Virus record (IMG/VR): IMGVR_UViG_3300047558_000137
Coordinates: 186,001-250,000 of that record
Length of the DNA: 64,000 nucleotides
Reading direction: 5' to 3' (one strand)
In this document: piece by piece, positions 37,190 through 47,063 of the stretch
How positions within the stretch are numbered: the stretch's first letter is position 1
How the letters are laid out: each line of letters begins with the position of its first letter
Notes under the pieces: generated by a model
Seen by the model: only the letters and a program-made list of their open reading frames with translations
Databases searched by the model: none
What the model was told of the DNA's origin: nothing
Program-made: the position numbers and the translations under genes

Positions 37190-37503
37190 TACACGTCTTG
37201 TTCGATTTTGACTTGCAATGGGAAACCATTGTTACGTGCCAACATAGTAACTTCGATTCCTTTTTGTTCAGCAATCTCGTAAGGTAACACGGCAACTACT
37301 GCACTACCTTCTTCGTGTACTTTGACTGTTAGTGCTTCAGCAGCACCTTCATCGTAATTGAAAACAATTTTAAGAGTTTCAACAACAAACTCTACTGTAG
37401 TAGTTTCGTCGTTAATATAGATTACACGAAAATTAGGTGGCTCTTTGATATTCAGTTTAGGTTCGATTTGAGGTCGCACCTGAGCTTTGATTTTAGTCGT
37501 CAT
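37189..37503 (-). CDS. clpS: ClpS adaptor protein
   Basis: PPNFRVIYINDETTTVEFVV..VHEEGSAVV..YEIAEQK..FPLQV. Confidence 0.92.
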   Translation of the reverse strand: MTTKIKAQVRPQIEPKLNIKEPPNFRVIYINDETTTVEFVVETLKIVFNYDEGAAEALTVKVHEEGSAVVAVLPYEIAEQKGIEVTMLARNNGFPLQVKIEQDV

Positions 37504-37566
37504 GTTACTTTACTTTGCTATACAGGGGAGGTGATTCTCCCCTGCGTTAATTATACACTATTACGA

Positions 37567-38010
37567 TTATTTTGTAAACGTAATTGCAATCTTCTTAGCC
37601 TTCTTTTCCTCTGGAATGATGCGTTCCAAAGCAATCGAAAGAATGCCATTTTCCACGGTGGCAGCACGTACTTCTACGTTTTCTGCTAGTGGGAAGGTGC
37701 GTGTAAAATTACGAGTTGAAATGCCCTTATGTAGATATTCTACTTCAGGCTTATCTTCATCTTTTGCTCGCTCGCCTTTTACAGTTAGCAAGTTGTCTTT
37801 GAGTTCTACATCAACTTCACTTTCCTTGAAGCCAGCAACTGCCACTTCGATCACAAAATGTGTTTCATCCAATTGGACAATATTGTGCGGAGGGTAGTTA
37901 TCTTTGCTTGCAGCAAAAGTTCGGTTTAGTTCCTCAAACATACGATCAAAGCCAACAGCGTGGCGATGTAGTGAGGGTAGATCAAAAGTACGGATAGAAA
38001 AGTTTGTCAT
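37567..38010 (-). CDS. Small heat-shock protein (Hsp20/IbpA-like)
   Basis: VGFDRMF..YPPHNI..IEVAVAGF..YLHKGIS.RNF..NGILSI.L. Start revised to MTNFS. Confidence 0.93.
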   Translation of the reverse strand: MTNFSIRTFDLPSLHRHAVGFDRMFEELNRTFAASKDNYPPHNIVQLDETHFVIEVAVAGFKESEVDVELKDNLLTVKGERAKDEDKPEVEYLHKGISTRNFTRTFPLAENVEVRAATVENGILSIALERIIPEEKKAKKIAITFTK

Positions 38011-38080
38011 TTTATTCTCCTTTAATAAGCAAGTTATGACATAGTGTGTAGCCCAACCATTGGCACTACACAATTATTTA
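38006..38080 (-). promoter_or_regulatory. ROSE-like RNA thermometer in the sHSP 5' UTR
   Basis: TAAATA, an upstream hairpin, then GTCATAA-CTTGCT-TATTAA-AGGAG-AATAAA-ATGAC, placing UUGCU opposite the SD. Confidence 0.65.
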
Positions 38081-38097
38081 TTATAGATAAACCTAAC

Positions 38098-39186
38098 TTA
38101 GTACGCAACTAATACGGTATCGCTTGCGCCGGTTTTCATTACCTTTTGGTAATCTTCCCATTCTTCTGCAAACTGAGCTGCAAATGCTGGTTGGTGATAC
38201 GGAGTCCATGGACGATCAATTACTTTAGCATAATCAAAACTGATTCTGTATGCAATTCTACCAGGATCGCCTGCAATCCTACGATGCAAAGTAACACATT
38301 GGTCAAACAAACAAATATCGTTATTTTGCTGATAGTAATGATCGTAGATTTGATTTGCACCATCCTCCATTACACCTTTTTCAATGATGTCAATGATTCG
38401 TTGAGATTCTTCGCGGCTCATGCCCTCGATACCTACAACTGTACAACGACTATAACGAATACCACGGATGCCGCCTGGGGTTGTAATTACCACTGGCGTA
38501 GGTACACTAGCATCATCGGGAACAAAATTGCCTTTTAAAAATTCTGCGTATTCAGGGACTGCGGTATCGTAATCATTGATAGCGCCGGTGCTCCAGGCAT
38601 GCACAAATCGCATTTCATCTAATTCACTACGGAAACTTTCGCTTAGGCTTTCGTAAAAATCAACTGTCTGAACAAACCCTGTTGCAGAGCCTATCATTTT
38701 TTGATCGCCCATTAATGCAACCCCGGGAGTAAAATTTAGTAGTGCAGCTTCGTTAGCATGCCAGTGTAAATCACCATTGGTAAAGATTCCCTGTAAGTTA
38801 CCCTGATCGTCGGTTACGCCAGTGATACGTAACAAACGATTACCGTGCTCAGTTACTTTAGTAGCATGGCGCATATATTTCATACTAATAGCCATATCCT
38901 CGGGCATATTAGTTGTTGGCCAAGTGTTTGGTGGACCATATTTCTTAATCATACGATAAGCAAACATGCTTCTCCAAGAATGTTTATTAACTCGATCTTC
39001 TCCCCAAGATTGTATCATTTCAGCATACTGATCATAGTTAATTTTAACATTTCGTAAAACAGTAACTAAATCTGTGGAATGGAATTTTCCAATTTCTGCG
39101 ATTTCTTCGGGAGTAATATGGTCGAAATTGAGGCCGTCGATATAATGCCCGAATCTTCCAAGGCCAGGGATCTTAGATATTTTCAT
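38098..39186 (-). CDS. TauD/TfdA-family dioxygenase
   Basis: LHWHANE, ATGFV, DICLFDQCVTLHRR..RIAYRISF. Confidence 0.8.
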   Translation of the reverse strand: MKISKIPGLGRFGHYIDGLNFDHITPEEIAEIGKFHSTDLVTVLRNVKINYDQYAEMIQSWGEDRVNKHSWRSMFAYRMIKKYGPPNTWPTTNMPEDMAISMKYMRHATKVTEHGNRLLRITGVTDDQGNLQGIFTNGDLHWHANEAALLNFTPGVALMGDQKMIGSATGFVQTVDFYESLSESFRSELDEMRFVHAWSTGAINDYDTAVPEYAEFLKGNFVPDDASVPTPVVITTPGGIRGIRYSRCTVVGIEGMSREESQRIIDIIEKGVMEDGANQIYDHYYQQNNDICLFDQCVTLHRRIAGDPGRIAYRISFDYAKVIDRPWTPYHQPAFAAQFAEEWEDYQKVMKTGASDTVLVAY

Positions 39187-39187
39187 T

Positions 39188-39421
39188 TTAATATAATTTT
39201 TTTGGTAAACTTTGATCGGCTATCTTCTTATTCCAACGTCGAACTGCTTGGTTCTTTTTGCGCTTACGCTCAGTTGTTGGTTTTTCATAGAACTCGCGCT
39301 CACGAAGTTCTTGTAACTTGCCAGATTCTAGCACTTTCTTTTTGAATTTACGAAGGGCCTTTTCTACATTACCATCGTAGACAGAAATAGCAAGACCGCG
39401 AATTTTATCTTTATTTGACAT
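39188..39421 (-). CDS. rpsU: Ribosomal protein bS21
   Basis: [31 protein letters not shown]. Confidence 0.93.
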   Translation of the reverse strand: MSNKDKIRGLAISVYDGNVEKALRKFKKKVLESGKLQELREREFYEKPTTERKRKKNQAVRRWNKKIADQSLPKKLY

Positions 39422-39425
39422 AAGT

Positions 39426-39713
39426 TTATTTAGTAAAGTAATCAGCTGGTGATTTCAAAGGGCATTCTGCACCAAACCGAATTCCAGTTAGAATGGGCAC
39501 ATCTGAGTCTTCTGCCTGTAGTACAGTGTCAGCTCTTTCTACAACCTTTACCAACCAGTTGACATCTTCCATGCCCTTGTGGTAAAAGTAAACATTGTAG
39601 GGTCGTGCCAAATCCCTACAAGCTGTAGCGCACTGCTCAATTTGTTCTTGAGTTGCGTCAACAATTAGTACAGTCTCAATTAAATCCGGGGGAGTTATAA
39701 AGTTGCTATGCAT
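39426..39713 (-). CDS. Hypothetical protein
   Basis: FITPPD N-terminal motif; ORF in the operon. Confidence 0.65.
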   Translation of the reverse strand: MHSNFITPPDLIETVLIVDATQEQIEQCATACRDLARPYNVYFYHKGMEDVNWLVKVVERADTVLQAEDSDVPILTGIRFGAECPLKSPADYFTK

Positions 39714-41220
39714 TTTTATTCAGATATTGTTGAATTTGTTCACGCTCTACGTCTGTTAGTGTATCAGGATCGTAGCGTCCAGAATCAATTTCATCTATCA
39801 GATGTTTGATATACTGTTCTTCGTAAGCATAAACGTCTGTTTGATTTTTGTCAATCTCCATCCATTTTGTGCCGTTGTACTTAAACAATCGGTTTGGTAA
39901 GAAATCTGTGCGTAAGAATAAGTCACCTTTTTCTGGACCAGCAGGATACTCGTTACCAAAACTAGTATTGCTGGCTTTACCTAAATCTGGTCCGTTGTCG
40001 GCCTGTATTGCAAAATGGCTGTGCATTACCCCACGATTAGGTGCCGGTGCGGCCTCAGGTATTCTTGTTATTGCCACTGGCTCTTCTGGTGGCACTACAT
40101 AGTCCCCGGGGCGATCAACTACATCAACGCCCATTGCCAAGATCTTAGGTTCAGGTTCTCCTTCCGAAGTTTTGATCTCTTCGGCTTGCGTATGTTTGTT
40201 CACCTCGACAGGTGTGTCTTCCTCCTGAATCTTAGCTGGAGCAATAGCAATTGATGCAGTGTCTTCCATAATAGTATGTTCAGTCTTTTCAGGCTTAAAC
40301 ACCATTGGAACTAGATCTTTAAAATGCACAAATGGTTGCTTGAGATAGGCAAAACGATCTACTTCGGGCTCTGCTGCCTTGACTTCTTGCAACTCAATAT
40401 CTTTAAGTAGTTCTTCGGCTGCATCATTCATAAATTGATCAATGCTGGCACGTTCTTCTCGGTCTTCTCTGGCCCAGCGTATACTTTGCTGTGCCGCAAT
40501 AATTAATACTAGAGCAAGAGGGTCAAACACTGCAACAATGATAATGATTACCAGTCTAACGGCTTTTTCAAGAATTGATTGATCGGGATTGTCGCCATAT
40601 ACCAAAGCGGCAATATACTTAATCGGACCAACCTCGCTTTCGACTTTGCGGAACTCTGCGGCGATTGGTGCTCGTTCTTCATTGAGTTGAGATATCTTCT
40701 TTTGTTCACTCTCAATCTCGGATAATAGTCGTTTACGTTCAGCCTGTTGCCCACGTCGAATTGCAACCGCTTTGTCAGCACCCTTTTCATCAGTAGAACG
40801 CCCCATGACTTGGTCAACGGCTTCGTCCATTTGCTTGAGTGCTTTACGGTTGGCGTCGATATTATCCTTGGATACTTTGATTTTTTCGTCATAGATTGCC
40901 ACCTTTGCCATTGAATCACCTGATACTAGACTTTGATCACTGTGTGCTTTACTTAAGAAACCAAAGATACCCATACTAGTTAACAGCATTAGGAATGCCA
41001 CAGCAGGTACTAGATAGAATTTATATAGGAAACCGGCTCGATCCCAATTAAGTTTAAGCCAAACAGCGGCAGTGACTTTACCTACTTCAAGGCTGGCGCC
41101 CATAATAAGAATAGGAATAACCGCGGCAGAGAAGATAGCAGTAAGACCTACAATACTATAGTAGGCTGCTACGGCACTGATAACCAGCGCAACAAAAAGG
41201 GTAAAGTAACCAAATATCAT
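39706..41220 (-). CDS. Conserved multi-pass membrane coiled-coil protein
   Basis: AAYYSIVGL..LEVGK..TSMGIFGFLSKAH..EVGPIKYIA..VFDPLA. Confidence 0.8.
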   Translation of the reverse strand: MIFGYFTLFVALVISAVAAYYSIVGLTAIFSAAVIPILIMGASLEVGKVTAAVWLKLNWDRAGFLYKFYLVPAVAFLMLLTSMGIFGFLSKAHSDQSLVSGDSMAKVAIYDEKIKVSKDNIDANRKALKQMDEAVDQVMGRSTDEKGADKAVAIRRGQQAERKRLLSEIESEQKKISQLNEERAPIAAEFRKVESEVGPIKYIAALVYGDNPDQSILEKAVRLVIIIIVAVFDPLALVLIIAAQQSIRWAREDREERASIDQFMNDAAEELLKDIELQEVKAAEPEVDRFAYLKQPFVHFKDLVPMVFKPEKTEHTIMEDTASIAIAPAKIQEEDTPVEVNKHTQAEEIKTSEGEPEPKILAMGVDVVDRPGDYVVPPEEPVAITRIPEAAPAPNRGVMHSHFAIQADNGPDLGKASNTSFGNEYPAGPEKGDLFLRTDFLPNRLFKYNGTKWMEIDKNQTDVYAYEEQYIKHLIDEIDSGRYDPDTLTDVEREQIQQYLNKNA

Positions 41221-41287
41221 AGTCAGTATTTATTGAGTTTTAGACTGTTAGTCTACACTGACTTTTGTTTTGTGTCAAACGTTTTGG

Positions 41288-43495
41288 TTATAGATCTTCG
41301 GTAAAGTTAAATGTAGCTATTACGCTTGAATTATCTGTGCCACCTACCAATAACTTAACGCAAAGTACAACCGTATCCGAATCGGTGTAGTCAATGTTTG
41401 AACCCATATTCAAAAAGTTTAGGGCTGTTTTAACATCACCGGTAAATGTTCCTTGTGCGTACCCTCCGATTAAGGTAATGCCACCCGTGGCTGTAGTGCC
41501 ACTGACATAGTCGAACATACGTGCGGCCTTGCCTACATTAGATGGGGCGGGTGTTGCACTGGTTGTTGGGTTTAAGACTAGACGCCATTGAAAAATACCT
41601 GAGTTCTGTGGATTCAAGTTACCCAAGTCGACTAGCTGTAGAGCGTTTACTTGAATATCGGCACGTTGGTATGGCTCACCTGCACGAATACCCAGTCCCA
41701 GGATCGCATACTCTTTTCCAACATCTGTGTTTTTATTAAACAGAACTGATACAGCAGTTTGTGCAATACCAAAGCTGGGATTTATACCAGCAGTAGTTTC
41801 TACGTTAACTGCTGATCCGCCGATGGTCATACGAGGTGTATAGTCTGGCACCCCTGTGTTAACTATCTCTTTACGATCCATTATGCCCGGGGCACTTTCA
41901 AACTGTGTGCCTGTTACGGGATCTAAATAGTTGTGCAACACATACTTGTGATCATTGTATTGTAAACTAAATCTAATACGACCCGTGCGCGAACCTCTAA
42001 AGTCAAACAAGAACACGTTGGTGTCATGGAATGGCGTGTGAGTCAGTCTGGCAGAACTAACACTTGAATATGTACCTGGATACTGATTGTATACCACGTT
42101 GGCACGACTGTTGCCTGCATCAACCGCGGTAACTAGTCCGCAACCATTAAACCCTGTAGGACTAACTCCGGTAATAGTATACTTGTCGCCTACTTTTACA
42201 TTAGCAATGTTTCCAGATATGTTATACTGAACACGATATACTGTGCCGTCACCAATGATGGCCACGTTGCTCTGAGAGTTCACCCCACTGATGGTTTCCG
42301 TAACAGTATCAGTGTTCCAATTAAGTCCACTTGGTCCTGTTCCATCCAACCGGTCAAGATTAAAATCACTACGCTTAGTGCGAGTCTCAACTAGTGTGCC
42401 ATCAGTCATTCGCTTACGAACTACACAGTATAGGTCATCGGTAACTTCAAAGAATATGCCGTTGTAGTTAGTAAACAAACCCATACGTTTTGCTACGTTG
42501 GCATCAATGCCGTCCCAGTTTATCACGCCAACCCATTCTGTACTAACACCCGGATAGGTTTTAAAACGTCTACGAGTGGCGCGAATGGCTGTGCCTGTTA
42601 AACTTGCGTTGGCGTTGTATGTTAAACCAGGTGTTATTTCTACACTAGCCAAGTTCTGAACAAAAATACTTTGTGCGCCAGTGCCTATAAATTTTTCTTG
42701 TAAACGCAGATCACCGTCTTTGTCTACAGTAGGAACATACCACCATTGTTGTCCACCTGTTACAACACGTAGACGATCGGTTGGATCCATCTGTACAGTA
42801 TCAGCAAAGTAAACTGCTGCCGGTACATTGGCTGCTGTGGACATGGTAACGTTACCTGTTACTACCCAAGGGCTAGTGCCTTGTGTAACTGAGACATTGC
42901 CAGTAACGGCTGGTAAAGTAGTAATACCACTGATATTTCCTGTAACAGAAACAGGCGGCATTGATGTAATACTTACATTGCTAGGAAAGTTGTCTACGCT
43001 AACATTACCATAGACATGCACGTTACCTGTAACTGCCGGCATACGTGATATTTCAACGTTGCCACTTACACCAACATTGCCAGTAATGCCAGGCATGTCA
43101 GTAATACGAATGTTACTTGGGAAATTGGCTACTGTGATCGTTCCGTCTGTTATGCGAACATTGCCAATTAGATTTGTGCCTGCGTCCAGTCGAACATTAC
43201 CAGCAACAGGCATCCATGGAACTGTTAATATTCCACTTGTGCCTATTTCAGTTATGTGTGAATGTATTGGATCGTCGGGGCTACTAAAGACCTGTACAAT
43301 TCCCGGAATAAGAACGTTACCAGAAATAGTAAAAGCATTGGCGCCAAGATTAACACGCAGCTCAGGTTCACCGGTACCATAGCGGTACTGCAACGCACGT
43401 TCAACTGATAATAGGTTAGTTTCCTGTGGGTGCTGATAGTCGGTAGTATTTTGTCTTGCGTCAAATCTACCCGGAGTAGGCGCTTTATAAGACAT
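41288..43495 (-). CDS. Putative virion structural/fibre protein with GNV repeats
   Basis: Repeated (V/I)TGNV units followed by a beta-rich C-terminus. Confidence 0.65.
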   Translation of the reverse strand: MSYKAPTPGRFDARQNTTDYQHPQETNLLSVERALQYRYGTGEPELRVNLGANAFTISGNVLIPGIVQVFSSPDDPIHSHITEIGTSGILTVPWMPVAGNVRLDAGTNLIGNVRITDGTITVANFPSNIRITDMPGITGNVGVSGNVEISRMPAVTGNVHVYGNVSVDNFPSNVSITSMPPVSVTGNISGITTLPAVTGNVSVTQGTSPWVVTGNVTMSTAANVPAAVYFADTVQMDPTDRLRVVTGGQQWWYVPTVDKDGDLRLQEKFIGTGAQSIFVQNLASVEITPGLTYNANASLTGTAIRATRRRFKTYPGVSTEWVGVINWDGIDANVAKRMGLFTNYNGIFFEVTDDLYCVVRKRMTDGTLVETRTKRSDFNLDRLDGTGPSGLNWNTDTVTETISGVNSQSNVAIIGDGTVYRVQYNISGNIANVKVGDKYTITGVSPTGFNGCGLVTAVDAGNSRANVVYNQYPGTYSSVSSARLTHTPFHDTNVFLFDFRGSRTGRIRFSLQYNDHKYVLHNYLDPVTGTQFESAPGIMDRKEIVNTGVPDYTPRMTIGGSAVNVETTAGINPSFGIAQTAVSVLFNKNTDVGKEYAILGLGIRAGEPYQRADIQVNALQLVDLGNLNPQNSGIFQWRLVLNPTTSATPAPSNVGKAARMFDYVSGTTATGGITLIGGYAQGTFTGDVKTALNFLNMGSNIDYTDSDTVVLCVKLLVGGTDNSSVIATFNFTEDL

Positions 43496-43498
43496 TTA

Positions 43499-43729
43499 TT
43501 AACTCCAAGGACGACCTTGGATCAACCCGCCAACGTTGGCATTATCTACTATAGTGTTGCCAGAATACTTAGTTGGTAATTTATTAATATCGTAAGTATA
43601 CCTATCATCTGCGCTAGTGGCCTGGTCTCTATTAGGAGCATCTGCCTGGCGTTTAGCGGCTGCAAGATTTAATTTAGCAACCTGTTTGGCCTGTTTAGTT
43701 GATAACTGTGCGATTCCATTTGCTGACAT
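43499..43729 (-). CDS. Small conserved phage protein
   Basis: ANGIAQL..LPTKYSGN..GL..GRPW. Confidence 0.7.
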   Translation of the reverse strand: MSANGIAQLSTKQAKQVAKLNLAAAKRQADAPNRDQATSADDRYTYDINKLPTKYSGNTIVDNANVGGLIQGRPWS

Positions 43730-44022
43730 TATCGTTTCTCCGCTTGAAATCCTGGGTACATACTAGGTGCGTTAGTTCTGATATCAGCAGGATTTTTTTC
43801 TTGGTGCATATCGTCGCCGCCAGGAAATGCAGCCGATAGTGGTGCTACAACTTCTGCTGGTTCGTTTGCATATTCTGGTTCGGGCACACCTGCTAGGGCA
43901 GATATAATTGCCACTTCGTCTGGTTTGGGCATGCCAATTGGCTCTACTGCTATTTCAACTTCTGGTTGCTCGGCTGCATCAACGATGTCTAGCACTTGTC
44001 TAATAATGTCAGTTACTCTCAT
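43729..44022 (-). CDS. Small acidic late protein (start MRVTDII)
   Basis: TAAATA lies 4 nt before the ATG at 44022. Confidence 0.7.
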   Translation of the reverse strand: MRVTDIIRQVLDIVDAAEQPEVEIAVEPIGMPKPDEVAIISALAGVPEPEYANEPAEVVAPLSAAFPGGDDMHQEKNPADIRTNAPSMYPGFQAEKR

Positions 44023-44036
44023 AGTGTATTTAGTGG

Positions 44037-44348
44037 TTAATGACCTGCTGCTCTTAGTCTTGCGGCTAGCTGGTCTAATGCGGCACCAATGGTAGTTACA
44101 CTGGTATTCCAATTGGCGCTGTTGCCCATAGTATAGCTCTGTGCATATACATTACTGGCTGCACCAACTACATCATTAACTGACAATATAATGTTTCCGG
44201 TACGACCGGCAACTGAATGCACAGGAGTAGAAGCATTGCCACTAGTAATATTGGCAAAGTTAAGATTAATTTTTTGAAATGCGTTACGTAATGGATCACC
44301 AGACCCATCATTTGCTGTTGCACCTACGTTAACGTTAGCAAAACTCAT
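44037..44348 (-). CDS. Short protein with a T4 gp9/gp10 baseplate-type N-terminal motif
   Basis: NVGATANDGSGDPLRNAFQKINLNF; VHSVAGRTGNI. Confidence 0.7.
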   Translation of the reverse strand: MSFANVNVGATANDGSGDPLRNAFQKINLNFANITSGNASTPVHSVAGRTGNIILSVNDVVGAASNVYAQSYTMGNSANWNTSVTTIGAALDQLAARLRAAGH

Positions 44349-44377
44349 ATAAATACCCTTTACGGTATTTATGGTAG

Positions 44378-45397
44378 TTATAGTGTTTTGGCTAGCTCAT
44401 ACAGTGCATGACTTGCAAGGTTCTTGCCCTTACTTTCGCACATGATATCAAAATTGTCCCTAAATGTCAATGCCCACTCGTTTACTGCGCGATTCCAGTA
44501 AAAGTCCGAATGTGCCCGCAGTTTTTGTTTTTTGTAACCTTCTACAAGCAATGCTGAGTAGCTGGGCAACGTGTCTGGGCAGTGGCCGACGAGGTAGTCT
44601 TCTCGGGAGACGGAATAATGTAAAGTAGGACGCACACCCCGCCAACTGTCAATAACTTTTGCAACACGATCGCTACCAACATCAATGTATTCCCCTTCTC
44701 GGGTCCAGTGATGATGTATATCGAGCACAATAGGTACAAGATCACACAACTCCAAACAAGTATCAAGCCCATGTGCATTCTCCTCGTTTTCAATAGTTAA
44801 GCAGTTACGAGCTTCAGGTGATAGACGCTGCCACGCACTTCTAATACCCATCGGCCCCCTCTTGCCCGAGATGTGGACATTGATCTTAAAATCCTGAAAT
44901 TCTCTGCCGTATCCCATCCAGCGGGCCATATCTGCATGATACTCAAACTCCTCTATACTGCGTTCTACGATAGCGTCGGATTCACTAGCAAGAACTGTAA
45001 ACTGGCCAGGATGAAAACTAAGGCGCACTCCACGGGCGCGAGCCAAAGCACCAATCTCAGCAAAGCCTTTTTCGCAAAAGGACTCAACCGCTGTGTCATT
45101 GTAAAATGAACCAAAAGTAGGTTCAGTATAGACAGGCAAGATATCACTACTAAGGCGTACCATACGAAGGGGTGCATCTAGTTCTCCAACTCGTTCAACG
45201 AGCTTGCGTGTGGACTCAATGTTTTGCTTGACAAGGTCCCACAGTTTCTGTTCAGCTACATCAGCAGTCTGGCGCTTGAGCCAGGCTACAGTAGTGCCGC
45301 CGGTGTTGTATTGTTTTGCATCGTCGTTGGGACCTATACCATCAACTTGATCAGGGCGGTCAATCCATTTGCAAGCAAAGCCAATACGTTTGTTCAT
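44378..45397 (-). CDS. uvsE: UV damage endonuclease (UvsE/UVDE)
   Basis: RIGFACK, RLSSD, RLSFHPGQF, INVHI, IENEE, VLDIHHH, HYS, AHSD, CESKGK. Confidence 0.92.
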   Translation of the reverse strand: MNKRIGFACKWIDRPDQVDGIGPNDDAKQYNTGGTTVAWLKRQTADVAEQKLWDLVKQNIESTRKLVERVGELDAPLRMVRLSSDILPVYTEPTFGSFYNDTAVESFCEKGFAEIGALARARGVRLSFHPGQFTVLASESDAIVERSIEEFEYHADMARWMGYGREFQDFKINVHISGKRGPMGIRSAWQRLSPEARNCLTIENEENAHGLDTCLELCDLVPIVLDIHHHWTREGEYIDVGSDRVAKVIDSWRGVRPTLHYSVSREDYLVGHCPDTLPSYSALLVEGYKKQKLRAHSDFYWNRAVNEWALTFRDNFDIMCESKGKNLASHALYELAKTL

Positions 45398-45421
45398 AGT
45401 CATATTATAACACACTTTACA

Positions 45422-45808
45422 TTAAGCAATCCAGCCCTGTCCGGATATATCATGATACCAAGTATAAAAGTTAGCAGGAATACTAAAAGTCCATGGATCC
45501 AATGTATCAATGTAACACTTTTTATTACTTGATAAGTGCTGATATTTTGGTAACACCTCTAGCCCATTCACTGTTAATCCAATATCTAATCCGCTTGTGC
45601 CTTCTTTAAACTCTATTAGATTAACATCCAGTTTAACAGGATCAAATAGATCTAATGTAAATGTAATTTTATCTACATTGATAATAAATCCGTTGAGCTT
45701 TACGAAACTATCCGTCTGGCCATAACGAGTTATTAATAGATCAACTACTAATTTTTGGTGTGTGTCAATAGCCGAGAGATCTGAGAAAGTCTTTATATCT
45801 TGGTACAT
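45422..45808 (-). CDS. Hypothetical protein
   Basis: Overlaps the end of the radical SAM gene. Confidence 0.6.
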   Translation of the reverse strand: MYQDIKTFSDLSAIDTHQKLVVDLLITRYGQTDSFVKLNGFIINVDKITFTLDLFDPVKLDVNLIEFKEGTSGLDIGLTVNGLEVLPKYQHLSSNKKCYIDTLDPWTFSIPANFYTWYHDISGQGWIA

Positions 45809-47063
45809 AATCTAAAATGGAATTCTTTCGTAGTGTTTCAAATCCCTTAAGGAATCTTATTAACTGACTTCTGTGTTGGTCTGCATCCTCGGGGACACTG
45901 TAGTTCTGCATAAAATTATAGTAGTCTATAATGGTGTCTGCAATTACCTGATTAATTCGGCTGTTATTGCGTAGGTTCAATTGTCCAGTGTGAACAAGTC
46001 CATGGCGTAGAATCACCGAAGCTATCTTATCGACAACTTCCTGTCTGATATCATCGGGCATAATCTCAATACGCAGGCAGGCTGGATCACTTAGTATATC
46101 GCAACTTTCAGCAATGACATTTTTCTCTATCATATATTCAAACAGTTGATCTAGTTCGTATGCTGTAAAAATATTAGGTGTAATACGGAGAGAAATGTAT
46201 AACCCACTTTGCTTTCGCAATTCAAGAAAGCTATCAATGTTGGCAAGTATGTCCCCAATCTTCCCGGGATACCTAACATAGTCATTTAAGTCTGTAACCG
46301 ATTCAATGCTAATGCCCATATGAAATTCTTTAAACTGTTTAATTAACTGTTCAACACGTTCGTTGTAAATTGTACCGTTGGTTGTTGTACCAACAATAAT
46401 TTCTTTGCTTAATCCTGCATCTATTAATGCCTGACATATATCATAGAAAGCTGAATCAAATAGCGTTTCGCCACCAAGGAAATGTATGTACTTAACTGGA
46501 ATTGTTTTTAGCTCTGAGACAAATTGATCCACTGCATCCCGAGTCCAACTGTGATATCGGTCGGGCTGTTTAAAAGTCTGGCTGTCAATTTGATGTAGCT
46601 TAACGTAGTCTTGTTCTAATCTACTGCTGGCGATGGGGTCACACATGATACAGGCGCTGTTACAAACATTGCCCAAATCAATTTGTAGATCAACTGGGTG
46701 CATGTCAGCTAAGCCACTATTATTTTGGCTGTGTTGAAAATGGCTGTAGTGCGGACTGCTTAGAGTCTGCAATTCAAATTGATCAGTTATTCCGCTTTTT
46801 AATAACTGTCTGCGGCGGCCGCTTAGTTTGCCAAATTGATCTTGGTAATAACAGTTTGCACAACCTGCGGGCTGTTGCCCTTCTAAAAATTGACTGCGTA
46901 GACTACGCATACGATCACTGTTATAAAACTCCATAACAGATGCGGTGCGTATATTCATAGGAGAACTGCCCCGATCTTTAAACCAGCGGCATTCTTGAAA
47001 GTCCCCGTTGTAGGTTAATCTAACGTGGAACCATGGACTAGAACAAAAAGTATTTTTTAACAT
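45765..47063 (-). CDS. Radical SAM enzyme with an N-terminal Twitch/SPASM-like Cys cluster
   Basis: FCSSPW..CANCY; GNVCNSACIMC; LGGET; TTNGT. Confidence 0.85.
   Translation of the reverse strand: MLKNTFCSSPWFHVRLTYNGDFQECRWFKDRGSSPMNIRTASVMEFYNSDRMRSLRSQFLEGQQPAGCANCYYQDQFGKLSGRRRQLLKSGITDQFELQTLSSPHYSHFQHSQNNSGLADMHPVDLQIDLGNVCNSACIMCDPIASSRLEQDYVKLHQIDSQTFKQPDRYHSWTRDAVDQFVSELKTIPVKYIHFLGGETLFDSAFYDICQALIDAGLSKEIIVGTTTNGTIYNERVEQLIKQFKEFHMGISIESVTDLNDYVRYPGKIGDILANIDSFLELRKQSGLYISLRITPNIFTAYELDQLFEYMIEKNVIAESCDILSDPACLRIEIMPDDIRQEVVDKIASVILRHGLVHTGQLNLRNNSRINQVIADTIIDYYNFMQNYSVPEDADQHRSQLIRFLKGFETLRKNSILDYVPRYKDFLRSLGY

Noticed and set aside
37523-37544. Hairpin CAGGGGAG/CTCCCCTG as a terminator
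   Set aside because: There is no U-tract on the coding strand. It lies just after a TGTATAAT promoter-like site, so it is more likely a 5' stabilising stem.
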